NCBI GenBank assembly: GCA_028278145.1
Contig: JANQEV010000099.1
Location: 1 to 37,009 of the forward strand
DNA: 37,009 nt
From: Chromatiales bacterium
Lineage (GTDB): Bacteria > Pseudomonadota > Gammaproteobacteria > Chromatiales > Chromatiaceae
Direction: 5' to 3'
In this document: positions 1 through 7,461 of the stretch, piece by piece
How positions within the stretch are numbered: position 1 is the first letter of the stretch
How the letters are laid out: every line of letters begins with the position of its first letter
The notes under the pieces: generated by a model
What the model saw: only the letters and a program-made list of their open reading frames with translations
Told to the model about the DNA's origin: nothing
Databases searched by the model: none
Position numbers and translations under genes: made by a program

Positions 1-92
1 TTTCGGGACCCCTTTTTTGTTTGGGGCGGAGAGCGAGGATTTAGATTCGAACCCTTAGTTCGAAAGCCAACGAAGTGTGTTGGCGCAGACGC
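1..92. repeat. direct repeat copy 1 (~86 bp); begins inside an intrinsic-terminator hairpin cut by the window edge
   Basis: Positions 1-87 match 301-387 with about 6 substitutions. The substitutions inside the hairpin gccaacGAAGTGTgttggc (copy 1) versus gccaacGCAATGCgttggc (copy 2) preserve or extend the stem. The hairpin cgaacccttagttcg is also conserved. Confidence 0.7.
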
Positions 93-155
93 CGAAGGCG
101 CCCCGAAGGGGTGAGGAGCAAAGCGACGAATCAATCCCGAGCGGATTGTAGATAA

Positions 156-178
156 CCCGCCTTGTGGCGGGTTTTTTG
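156..178 (+). terminator. rho-independent terminator (cccgcc-ttgt-ggcggg + T-run)
   Basis: A 6-bp GC stem with a 4-nt loop is followed by TTTTTT, seen directly in the sequence. Confidence 0.6.
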
Positions 179-217
179 GTTTTTGAGCGAGGGGTTCAAA
201 CCAGAGATAATCAAAAT

Positions 218-318
218 AGGTGATTCGACCGCGAAGCGCGTTAGCGCGTAGCAACAGCGACCGTAGGGAGCTAATCCCGAGCGGCATATAAAGGGGTCCC
301 TTTCGGGACCCCTTTTTT
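218..318 (+). ncRNA. candidate small RNA (unit 2 of a tandem array), bounded by a sigma-70-like promoter and an intrinsic terminator
   Basis: Promoter candidate: -35 TTGAGC (183-188), 17-bp spacer, -10 GATAAT (206-211). The transcript would end at the perfect hairpin ggggtccc-tttc-gggacccc plus TTTTTT (293-318). There is no ORF or SD. The motif aatcccgagcgg is shared with unit 1 (131-142 and 274-285). Confidence 0.25.
293..318 (+). terminator. rho-independent terminator (8-bp perfect GC-rich stem + T6)
   Basis: ggggtccc tttc gggacccc tttttt. The same 3' arm plus T-run is at positions 1-18. Confidence 0.7.
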
Positions 319-392
319 GTTTGGGGCGGAGAGCGAGGATTTAGATTCGAACCCTTCGTTCGAAAGCCAACGCAATGCGTTGGCAGCATAGA
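301..392. repeat. direct repeat copy 2 (~86 bp)
   Basis: See copy 1. It diverges after about 387 into the promoter region of the 498 gene. Confidence 0.7.
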
Positions 393-497
393 ATCGAGGT
401 ATGGTAACCTGACGTCATCACACTAATATGGTTCCATGTTACAACTGGTACTAACCTGAATGCGTTACATAAACAATCTAACCAGCGGAGTGAGGCC

Positions 498-1703
498 ATG
501 AAGTTTGGCATTGATCGCCTGCTTCAAGAGTCTGCGCTGCGCCAGACTCTTAAGGGATGTCGTGTTGCTCTATTGGCCCATCCAGCCTCTGTTACAGACG
601 ATCTTACTCATTCTCTAGATGCCCTTGCGGGTTTGCCTGATATCCAACTCACTGCTGCCTTTGGCCCTCAACATGGTTTGCGCGGTGACAAGCAGGACAA
701 CATGATAGAGTCGTCAGATTTCACTGATCCTGAGCATGGCATCCCTGTATTCAGTCTGTACGGTGAGGTACGTCAACCTACGCCTGCCATGATGGACAGC
801 TTCGATGTGCTGCTAATAGATCTGCAAGATTTAGGCTGTCGCATTTACACCTTCATTACCACTTTGCGTTATGTTCTGGAAACGGCGGCGCAGTTCGACA
901 AGCGGGTAGTAGTACTGGATCGCCCCAACCCGGTTGGACGCCCGGTTGAGGGGCTAACACTGCGTCCTGGCTGGGAGAGCTTCGTGGGCGCTGGTCCTTT
1001 GCCCATGCGTCATGGTCTTACTATGGGCGAGCTGGCCATATGGTTTGTGCGTACCTTGAGCCTGGACGTGGAGTGCGAGGTGGTGACCATGGAGGGTTGG
1101 GCACCTATGACTGGGCCGGGCTATGGTTGGCCTTTGGGCGAGCGCACTTGGGTTAATCCCAGTCCCAACGCCCCCAATCTATGGATGTCTCGCTGCTATC
1201 CAGGAACTGTCATGCTGGAGGGCGCAACACTGTCTGAGGGGCGTGGCACTACCAGGCCCTTGGAGCTGTTCGGGGCGCCAGACCTAGAACCTAGGAAGCT
1301 CTTGGCGGAGATGCATAAACTCGCTCCCGAATGGTTGCAGGGATGCCGGCTGCGAGAGTGCTGGTTTGAGCCAACATTTCACAAGCACGCTGGGAAGCTG
1401 TGCGCCGGTGTACAGATTCATGTGGAGGATGGGGTATATAACCATGCTGCATTCAGACCCTGGCGGCTGATGGCCCTGGCTTTCAAGGCACTGCGCCGGC
1501 AGCGGCCGGAGTATGAGCTTTGGCGAGACTTTCCTTACGAGTACGAAGTGGATCGCCTTGCCATAGATCTGATCAATGGCAGTGAACTGCTACGCGAGTG
1601 GGTGGACGACCAGGAGGCCATGCCGGGTGACCTGGAAGCAGTTGCTGGGAAGGATGAGTCAGCATGGATACTAGAGCAGGAAGAGGTGATGTTGTATCGG
1701 TAA
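498..1703 (+). CDS. DUF1343 family protein (NamZ-like exo-beta-N-acetylmuramidase family)
   Basis: 401 aa. The N-terminus MKFGIDRLL...LKGCRVALLAHPASV fits the DUF1343/YbbC pattern (GIDxL...LKGKRVGLxTN). SD ggagtgagg lies 5 nt upstream of the ATG. Confidence 0.7.
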   Translation: MKFGIDRLLQESALRQTLKGCRVALLAHPASVTDDLTHSLDALAGLPDIQLTAAFGPQHGLRGDKQDNMIESSDFTDPEHGIPVFSLYGEVRQPTPAMMDSFDVLLIDLQDLGCRIYTFITTLRYVLETAAQFDKRVVVLDRPNPVGRPVEGLTLRPGWESFVGAGPLPMRHGLTMGELAIWFVRTLSLDVECEVVTMEGWAPMTGPGYGWPLGERTWVNPSPNAPNLWMSRCYPGTVMLEGATLSEGRGTTRPLELFGAPDLEPRKLLAEMHKLAPEWLQGCRLRECWFEPTFHKHAGKLCAGVQIHVEDGVYNHAAFRPWRLMALAFKALRRQRPEYELWRDFPYEYEVDRLAIDLINGSELLREWVDDQEAMPGDLEAVAGKDESAWILEQEEVMLYR

Positions 1704-1735
1704 GCTTCCTGGGGCTGATCTTGAGGAACATGATT

Positions 1736-2329
1736 CTAATCCGCCTCTATACACCTGGCCATCCGAAGTAACAGGCCTCTATTGGATTCACTCAGATTCG
1801 AGTAAAGCGTCATCAACTCCTGCATATCAACTGGAAAAGAGCTGCAGAGAGGGTCATTTTCAACATGCTGTTCATCCATCCATCCTCTTGGTTTTGTTAG
1901 ATAAGTTTCGCACTTGCGCATCATGCGCTCAGTGAGATCCAGAAATGGATTGGTGAGATGTGTATCCAGCTTCTTACGTGAAATTCCCAGTGCCTTTAAC
2001 AAAGGCGTCAGTTTTCTCCTGGATTTGGCTTCGTCAACGATTGCAACCAGATTCTGATGCCGAATGGCCTGCTCATCACGTCCAGTAGCCCGAATTGGCC
2101 CGGCACCAAACATGATCCAACATGGTGAAGCCCCGGTAGCGGTTGAGATCAGCTTGATATCGTCGGGAGAGGGCATGGAGATACCGGCCTCATAATTACC
2201 CAGCCGAGAGCGTTTCCATTCAGGTATGTTTACCAATAGTGAATCGGCGGTATCCATACCAGCCATTTTTCTTGCCTGTTTAATACGTTGTCCGATCAGG
2301 ACGGCCGTGGGATTTTTACCTTCGCTCAT
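1736..2329 (-). CDS. XRE-family helix-turn-helix transcriptional regulator (CI-like N-terminus, uncharacterised C-terminal domain)
   Basis: 197 aa. The N-terminus LIGQRIKQARKMAGMDTADSL is a typical HTH_XRE. It is transcribed divergently from a strong promoter. Confidence 0.65.
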   Translation of the reverse strand: MSEGKNPTAVLIGQRIKQARKMAGMDTADSLLVNIPEWKRSRLGNYEAGISMPSPDDIKLISTATGASPCWIMFGAGPIRATGRDEQAIRHQNLVAIVDEAKSRRKLTPLLKALGISRKKLDTHLTNPFLDLTERMMRKCETYLTKPRGWMDEQHVENDPLCSSFPVDMQELMTLYSNLSESNRGLLLRMARCIEAD

Positions 2330-2390
2330 ATTGCTAGAACCTTGTTTTATTGATCTGCGACAAATAATACAAGAAACTTGTAAATAATGC

Positions 2391-2419
2391 TTGCATACTT
2401 GTAATTAGGTTCTATAATG
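2391..2419 (+). promoter_or_regulatory. near-consensus sigma-70 promoter (-35 TTGCAT, 17-bp spacer, -10 TATAAT)
   Basis: TTGCAT at 2391-2396 and TATAAT at 2414-2419 with exactly 17 bp between them. The surrounding region is AT-rich, and the promoter is divergent from the XRE regulator gene. Confidence 0.55.
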
Positions 2420-2458
2420 CCGCCAACTTAAATTATTCGTTTGGAGACCATAGTTTTA

Positions 2459-2611
2459 ATGAACGCAACTAAATACATATCCACTCAACCCGCCTCACTG
2501 GCGCAGGGGCTATTACGCCTCGCGACCGGCAGACCGGTGATGGGTGTGTGCGCATTTAGTGGCAATACGACTCATGGTCCAGAACAAGATTATCGGCTTG
2601 ATATGACCTGA
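2459..2611 (+). CDS. possible 50-aa small ORF (MNATKYISTQPASLAQGLLRLATGRPVMGVCAFSGNTTHGPEQDYRLDMT) in a short promoter-to-terminator transcript; may instead be non-coding
   Basis: ATG at 2459 lies 11 nt after GGAGA (2443-2447). It falls below the 60-aa cutoff of the supplied ORF track. It sits between the consensus promoter and the terminator at 2680-2718. Confidence 0.25.
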   Translation: MNATKYISTQPASLAQGLLRLATGRPVMGVCAFSGNTTHGPEQDYRLDMT

Positions 2612-2679
2612 TCTTCCGCATGACAACTCTGTGGAGGGTCTTTACAAGATGCCTTCCACGGAAGAACCATAGACTGGGA

Positions 2680-2718
2680 AACCCCGTTGGGCATCGTATG
2701 TGCAACGGGGTTTTTTAT
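2680..2718 (+). terminator. rho-independent terminator (ccccgttg ... caacgggg + TTTTTTATT)
   Basis: An 8-bp stem with a 13-nt loop is followed by a T-run. The supplied ORF 2620-2835 runs across it and is rejected. Confidence 0.65.
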
Positions 2719-3153
2719 TGCCTACATGGACGTAGGTACTTAGCGCAAGCAGGAGCGGAAGCTGTGCCCCAAAGAGGCTGTTTGGTAGTTCGCTGCGAGC
2801 TGTGGCAGCAGCTGGTTGTGTCCCGGGCCTGTTAGCGCGCTAATCGTCTCTGCCTGGCGCGGTGAGGGTAAGAAAAGCGGGACTGAGGTTTAACTTGGGT
2901 GCCGGGTGGGGAATCCGGTCGGAGTGAACCACCAAACAGGTTTTATGCGCAGGTGGCGGAATAGGTATACGCACCTGGTTCAGACCCAGGGCCCATCAGG
3001 GCACGTCCGTTTGACCAAATTGCCGGGAGCAATTTGGAACAACCGAAGGTTGACCCAACGGGCGGAGCACAGGGATGTGCGGAGTACCCGGACCCTGCGT
3101 ACCAATTGGCAGTTATGAGTTTAGAGGTAACTAGAAGAGAAAGGAGAACAGAT

Positions 3154-3720
3154 ATGCAGCGGTTGATTCTACGTGTTGCCGTCAGCGGCCAGCCCATCGG
3201 CTGGGTCCCCTGGCAGGAGGCGGCTGTGCTATATGCGAAGGAACAGATTGTCTGGACCCTGGGTGATGCACCCATGCGTATCTATGGCGGTGTCAATCGT
3301 AAGAGTGGTATGCGTTCCTATATCGATGTGCACCCGGTTATTGCTGCCAAGGGTTCGAGCTATGTAAAGGCCCAAAGGGCTATACCACCTTTGACCAATC
3401 GGGAGCTGTTTCGGCGTGATGGACACACCTGTATGTACTGTCTGAAAGAGCTGCCAGATCGTTGTTTGACCAGGGTTCACGTAGTTCCCAGCTCTCGCGG
3501 TGGTGCAGATGTCTGGACCAATGTGGTGACTGCATGTATGGCCTGCAACCAACGCAAGGGAGCACGTACCCCGGAGGAGGCCAACATGCGGCTGTATGCG
3601 GTGCCCTATACGCCTGGATATGCCGAATGGCTGATCCTGCGTAACCGCACCATCTTGACTGATCAGATGGAGTTCCTGCGGGCCCAGTGCCCAAAGGACT
3701 CACTGATGAGAATGATATGA
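3154..3720 (+). CDS. HNH endonuclease (189 aa)
   Basis: HNH zinc-finger signature HTCMYC...(24 aa)...ACMACNQRKG. The true start is the ATG at 3154, preceded by AAGGAG at 3141-3146. The track ORF 3034-3720 starts too early. Confidence 0.8.
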   Translation: MQRLILRVAVSGQPIGWVPWQEAAVLYAKEQIVWTLGDAPMRIYGGVNRKSGMRSYIDVHPVIAAKGSSYVKAQRAIPPLTNRELFRRDGHTCMYCLKELPDRCLTRVHVVPSSRGGADVWTNVVTACMACNQRKGARTPEEANMRLYAVPYTPGYAEWLILRNRTILTDQMEFLRAQCPKDSLMRMI

Positions 3721-3880
3721 AGCCATATCTTTCTCCATTGGGCAAAGAAGGTCAGGGACAACCATGCCAGGGATGGCACAGGTGGTAAGTACAAACCAGA
3801 TTAAAGGAGACGGCAATGAGTGTAACAACCATGAGTGTTCGAGTAGTGATGATGATTAACCAACTTATAGAGCAAAGAAA

Positions 3881-4837
3881 ATGGACAAGAAACTACTGGA
3901 TGAAATCATTGCCTGTCTGCCCAAGGACAGGACACTGTTTCGCTATGCGAGAAACGATTATGCGTTGATGCTGCTGTCACGCTTCGTAGGCAAGGGCAAG
4001 AAGGTTGCGGAGATTAAACGCTCTCCTTTTGGACGACTGCTGGATAAGCCAGCGATCCGTGAGCTGCTGGCAGAGATAGGTGGCGGCCATATAAGTGGAG
4101 ATCTGTTTGATTATGTCTATGTAAAAGACAGACAAGACTTTCTACTGACCATAGGACGCTGGAATGAGGAGCGATCCCGTTACAACCAGACCACACGTAA
4201 CAGTGCCAATCTGGTGCTGCAGTTGAACTTCAACTGTGGACATGATCAGGCATTCGAGAAGTGCGTAGCAGAAGATGACCGCTGGCAGTTTGAGCCCTGG
4301 GGTCACCCAATATTCCAGCGTGGTGCCAGAAGCTACTTTCGCCACACCCTGGCCTGGGTACGCTTGGATATAGATTTTGATCTTGATGAGGTATTGATAG
4401 AGGAGGTACAGACCGATTGGCTACGTGATGCAAAGCAATATCTTTCCTGTCTGGAAGGAAGGGCTGAGCAAGTAGGAAAACAGGATAAGGAAGAGGTAAG
4501 GCGTGCCAGTAAGGCGCATGAGTATGTTGGTAACACCCTGGCGGCTTATTTCACCATGTGGGATGAGGCAGCCCTTGCAGCAGCGATTGAGTTTATTGCT
4601 GATGAACTGGGTATTGGTACCGTGTACTACCACTCCTTTGACACCGGGAATGTACTAAAAGGTCTGCGCTACGGTAAGCCGCCAAGGTCGCTGTATACAG
4701 ATCTTCCACGTAAGTTCTGCTTTGAGCTTACTGACGAAGCACCAAGGATGTTTCGTAACTCGACACCAGCCAAGCGAAAGCTGCGCAGGGCGTCTGATCC
4801 TAAATGGTATCGGTTACCACTGGAGATAAGAGCATGA
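3881..4837 (+). CDS. hypothetical protein (318 aa, no recognisable motif), translationally coupled to arfB
   Basis: A long ORF with coding-like composition. Its stop TGA at 4835-4837 overlaps the arfB start ATG at 4834-4836 (ATGA). Confidence 0.6.
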   Translation: MDKKLLDEIIACLPKDRTLFRYARNDYALMLLSRFVGKGKKVAEIKRSPFGRLLDKPAIRELLAEIGGGHISGDLFDYVYVKDRQDFLLTIGRWNEERSRYNQTTRNSANLVLQLNFNCGHDQAFEKCVAEDDRWQFEPWGHPIFQRGARSYFRHTLAWVRLDIDFDLDEVLIEEVQTDWLRDAKQYLSCLEGRAEQVGKQDKEEVRRASKAHEYVGNTLAAYFTMWDEAALAAAIEFIADELGIGTVYYHSFDTGNVLKGLRYGKPPRSLYTDLPRKFCFELTDEAPRMFRNSTPAKRKLRRASDPKWYRLPLEIRA

Positions 4838-5256
4838 TCAGGATAACCGAAACCATTGAGATTGATGAAGAGAGCCTGGAGTTCAAATCCATCTATGCCT
4901 CAGGGCCAGGTGGTCAGCATGTGAACAAGAACCGTACTGCAATGCAGTTGCGTTTCGATATCACCCAGGAACATGGCCTGAGCCATGGGGTGCAACAGCG
5001 CTTGATTAGACTGGCCGGAAACCGGGTAAGCAGTGATTACAAGCTGATCATTACCGCGCGCCGTTACCGTAGTCAGGAACGTAATCGCAAGGATGCCAGA
5101 GAGCGGCTGTTTGAACTGATACGCAAAGCGGCTGAACCACCTAAGCCCCGGCTAAAGCGCAGACGTTCCCGTGCAGCCAATCAGGATCGACTGGATGAGA
5201 AGCGCAAGCGCAGTGAAGCAAAGGCATCCCGCCGTAAGGTGATGCTTAATTATTGA
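4834..5256 (+). CDS. arfB: alternative ribosome-rescue factor ArfB (peptidyl-tRNA hydrolase, YaeJ family)
   Basis: 140 aa from the ATG at 4834. GGQ motif (SGPGGQHVNK). The basic C-terminal tail KRRRSRAANQDRLDEKRKRSEAKASRRK is typical of ArfB. Length matches E. coli ArfB. Confidence 0.85.
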   Translation: MIRITETIEIDEESLEFKSIYASGPGGQHVNKNRTAMQLRFDITQEHGLSHGVQQRLIRLAGNRVSSDYKLIITARRYRSQERNRKDARERLFELIRKAAEPPKPRLKRRRSRAANQDRLDEKRKRSEAKASRRKVMLNY

Positions 5257-5455
5257 AGGAGAAATAGCGTGAACAGTATGTATATGACAATGAATTGCGA
5301 TGGAGGAGTATAAAAAACTCCTACCATCCAGATGTTGAAAGAGGCAACACAGCGTTCAGCGGTTCAGGTTCTGTATGCCTGTCCTGCGCACCCAAGCTTA
5401 TCCCTAGTGGAGATTGCCCGGTGTGTACAGAACGTCGGTGGGCTATTCAACACCA

Positions 5456-5534
5456 GCGAAGATAGCTCAGTCTGGTTAGAGCAGCTGACTAAACCTCAGC
5501 GGGTCGCGGGTTCGACTCCCGCTCTTTTGCACCA
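5456..5534 (+). pseudogene. tRNA-like element, probably degenerate (anticodon loop CTAAACC gives anticodon AAA with C37)
   Basis: Clear D-arm (gctc agtctggtta gagc), a 5-bp anticodon stem gctga/tcagc, T-arm gcggg-ttcgact-cccgc and a 3' GCACCA. The acceptor has 6/7 pairs only if one extra T is allowed at the T-stem/acceptor junction. C at position 37 and anticodon AAA are atypical. A second T-arm-like fragment (gtggttcaaatccac) is at about 5568-5585. Confidence 0.35.
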
Positions 5535-5623
5535 GCCTATTACGCTGGCTTGGTAAAGGCGAAAGCCTGTGGTTCAAATCCACCCTTTGGATGTAGGTAA
5601 CATCACACCCGGGCGGTGCCCCC

Positions 5624-5863
5624 GTGGCTGAAGAGGCGGAAATGCAGTTGGTTACTAAATCTTCAGACTACAGCGCGCCAGTCGCCTTGTATGGCGATGC
5701 TCTGATCAGACCGGTGTATCTGGATAGCAATGACGGAGACAGCAAATTCGATTTGCGGTTCGGCACATGGATGTATGCTCTGGCATTGCCCTCCAATACC
5801 ACCCGTCTGGTTATGACTTGTCATCCGCGGCTGGAGCGTGGGGCATACGTCCACACATATTAA
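5624..5863 (+). CDS. hypothetical small protein (79 aa; alternative start at 5642 gives 73 aa)
   Basis: The ORF sits in an otherwise gene-free gap. There is a weak SD (gaggcgga) before the ATG at 5642. Nothing more. Confidence 0.3.
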   Translation: MAEEAEMQLVTKSSDYSAPVALYGDALIRPVYLDSNDGDSKFDLRFGTWMYALALPSNTTRLVMTCHPRLERGAYVHTY

Positions 5864-5977
5864 TGAAGCGAGGTGAATAGAGATGAGGAAAACATAGCTG
5901 GTCGGAGTGGCTACCTGGCATATGAGTGACCGGGTCCCGAGTTCGAAAATGCCACGCAATTGATAGGAATAAACAAT

Positions 5978-6250
5978 GGAGCCTCTGATTGATTCCATGA
6001 TGACTGAGACGCTGACTTTGCGTCTTGAGATGCAAGGCGGCTTGTGAAGTTAATGGCCTTAGTCCTTAGCAAGCAAGCCAACACAGCAGCTCTGGCGCAA
6101 AGACGCGTCCCGAAGGGTTTGCATCAAATGGTGTGCATACGGTGTTTTGGTGCTTGCTGTATAGCTATGGAATGCGGTCTTGGACCACTTTTTGCGATCA
6201 TCACTATTTGGATGCAAACTCGGTTTATCAGGGAATTGATCAGAGGCTCC
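5978..6250 (+). mobile_element. MITE-like repeat element, copy A (~273 bp, terminal inverted repeats GGAGCCTCTGAT.../...ATCAGAGGCTCC)
   Basis: The left 240 bp are homologous to 29452-29725 (copy B) and the whole to 36909-end (copy C). The termini are reverse complements of each other. Internal hairpin agacgc-loop-gcgtct with a variable loop. The internal ORFs (6044-6307) are not supported. Confidence 0.6.
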
Positions 6251-6269
6251 ACAAATAAGGAGAATAGCG

Positions 6270-7412
6270 ATGTTCGGTCTAAAGCGAATCGTCATTGCAC
6301 AGAATGAGCGTGGTCTGTACCTGAAGGATCGTAGCATAGAGAAGATTCTGGAGCCTGGTGTGTACTGGGTGACCGATCCTCTGGGCCACGTTTCTGTTGA
6401 GATCTACAACCTGACTGAGCCTGAGTTCAAGCACACCTATGAGGATGTGCTGCTCAAGGAGCAGATAGAGTTGTGCAAGCAGTACTTTCAGGTCATTGAG
6501 CTTGGTGAGTACCAGGTCGGACTGGTGTACAAGAATGGCAAGTTGAGTGGTGTACTGCCACCTTCCAGCCGTCAGCTGTACTGGAAGGGCCCGGTTGATG
6601 TGAAGGTAGAGGTGCAGGATATCCAGGAGGATTTCACCCTGCCGCGTGACAAGGTGGGCCTGATCGCCTATGCCCGTATGGGCTCCAAGCCTTCAGAGCT
6701 GATCAACTCAGTCTACTTGGCCGAGGTAAAGGACAACCACGTGGGCCTGCTGCTGGTGGATGGCGAGCTGGTTACCCAGCTCAAGCCTGGCCTGCACGCC
6801 TACTGGAAGTTCAACCGGCATGTAGCCATCGAGCAGATCGATCTGCGCCTGCAGGCCATGGAGGTCTCCGGTCAGGAGATCCTGACCAAGGACAAGGTGA
6901 CCCTGCGTGTCAACATGTCGGCCCAGTACCGAGTGCTGGATCTGGTAAAGGCACGTGTTGAGCTGACCAACTTCAGCGACTACCTGTACCGTGAGCTGCA
7001 GTTCGCCCTGCGTCAGGCCATCGGTCTGCGCACCCTGGACGTGCTCCTGGGTGACAAGGGTGAGCTGGATCGTGTGGTATATGATGTAGTTAGTGAGAAG
7101 GTGTCCGAGTTCGGGATCGAGGTCCGTAGTGTAGGTGTCAAGGACGTGATCCTGCCTGGTGACATGAAGGATATCCTTAACCAGGTGGTTGAGACGGAGA
7201 AGGCGGCACAGGCTAACGTCATCAAGCGTCGTGAGGAGACGGCTGCGACCCGTTCGCTGCTGAACACTGCACGGCTGATGGAAGAGAACCCGACGCTGCT
7301 GCGTCTCAAGGAGCTTGAGGTGCTGGAGAAGGTAACCGAGAAGGTAGATAAGCTGACCGTATTCGGTGGCCTGGACGGCGTGCTCAAGGACACCGTGAAG
7401 ATAAACGTATAG
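6270..7412 (+). CDS. SPFH/band-7 (slipin-like) domain protein with an uncharacterised N-terminal half, no TM segment
   Basis: 380 aa. The C-terminal half (ILTKDKVTLRVNMSAQYRVLDLVKA...) resembles the stomatin/SPFH core. Start MFGLKR is preceded by ataaggag. Confidence 0.65.
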   Translation: MFGLKRIVIAQNERGLYLKDRSIEKILEPGVYWVTDPLGHVSVEIYNLTEPEFKHTYEDVLLKEQIELCKQYFQVIELGEYQVGLVYKNGKLSGVLPPSSRQLYWKGPVDVKVEVQDIQEDFTLPRDKVGLIAYARMGSKPSELINSVYLAEVKDNHVGLLLVDGELVTQLKPGLHAYWKFNRHVAIEQIDLRLQAMEVSGQEILTKDKVTLRVNMSAQYRVLDLVKARVELTNFSDYLYRELQFALRQAIGLRTLDVLLGDKGELDRVVYDVVSEKVSEFGIEVRSVGVKDVILPGDMKDILNQVVETEKAAQANVIKRREETAATRSLLNTARLMEENPTLLRLKELEVLEKVTEKVDKLTVFGGLDGVLKDTVKINV

Positions 7413-7461
7413 GAGGCATATAAGGCCCGGTCAATGAGACCGGGCCGCATATGAAGGAACA

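Noticed and set aside
2620-2835. 71-aa ORF downstream of the XRE regulator
   Set aside because: It reads straight through a strong intrinsic terminator hairpin and T-run (2680-2718).
3034-3153. Upstream extension of the HNH endonuclease ORF (track start at 3034)
   Set aside because: The HNH family start with a good SD (AAGGAG) is at 3154. The extension adds 40 residues with no SD and lies in the GC-rich leader.
5332-5556. 74-aa ORF spanning the tRNA-like element
   Set aside because: The reading frame runs through a sequence with tRNA D- and T-arm structure. There is no ribosome-binding site, so it is unlikely to be coding.
6044-6307. 87-aa and 71-aa ORFs (also 29518-29733) inside the repeat element copies
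   Set aside because: The frames are carried by the repeat itself and diverge by frameshifting between copies. They have no SD. The conserved features are RNA/DNA structural (TIRs, stems), not protein.
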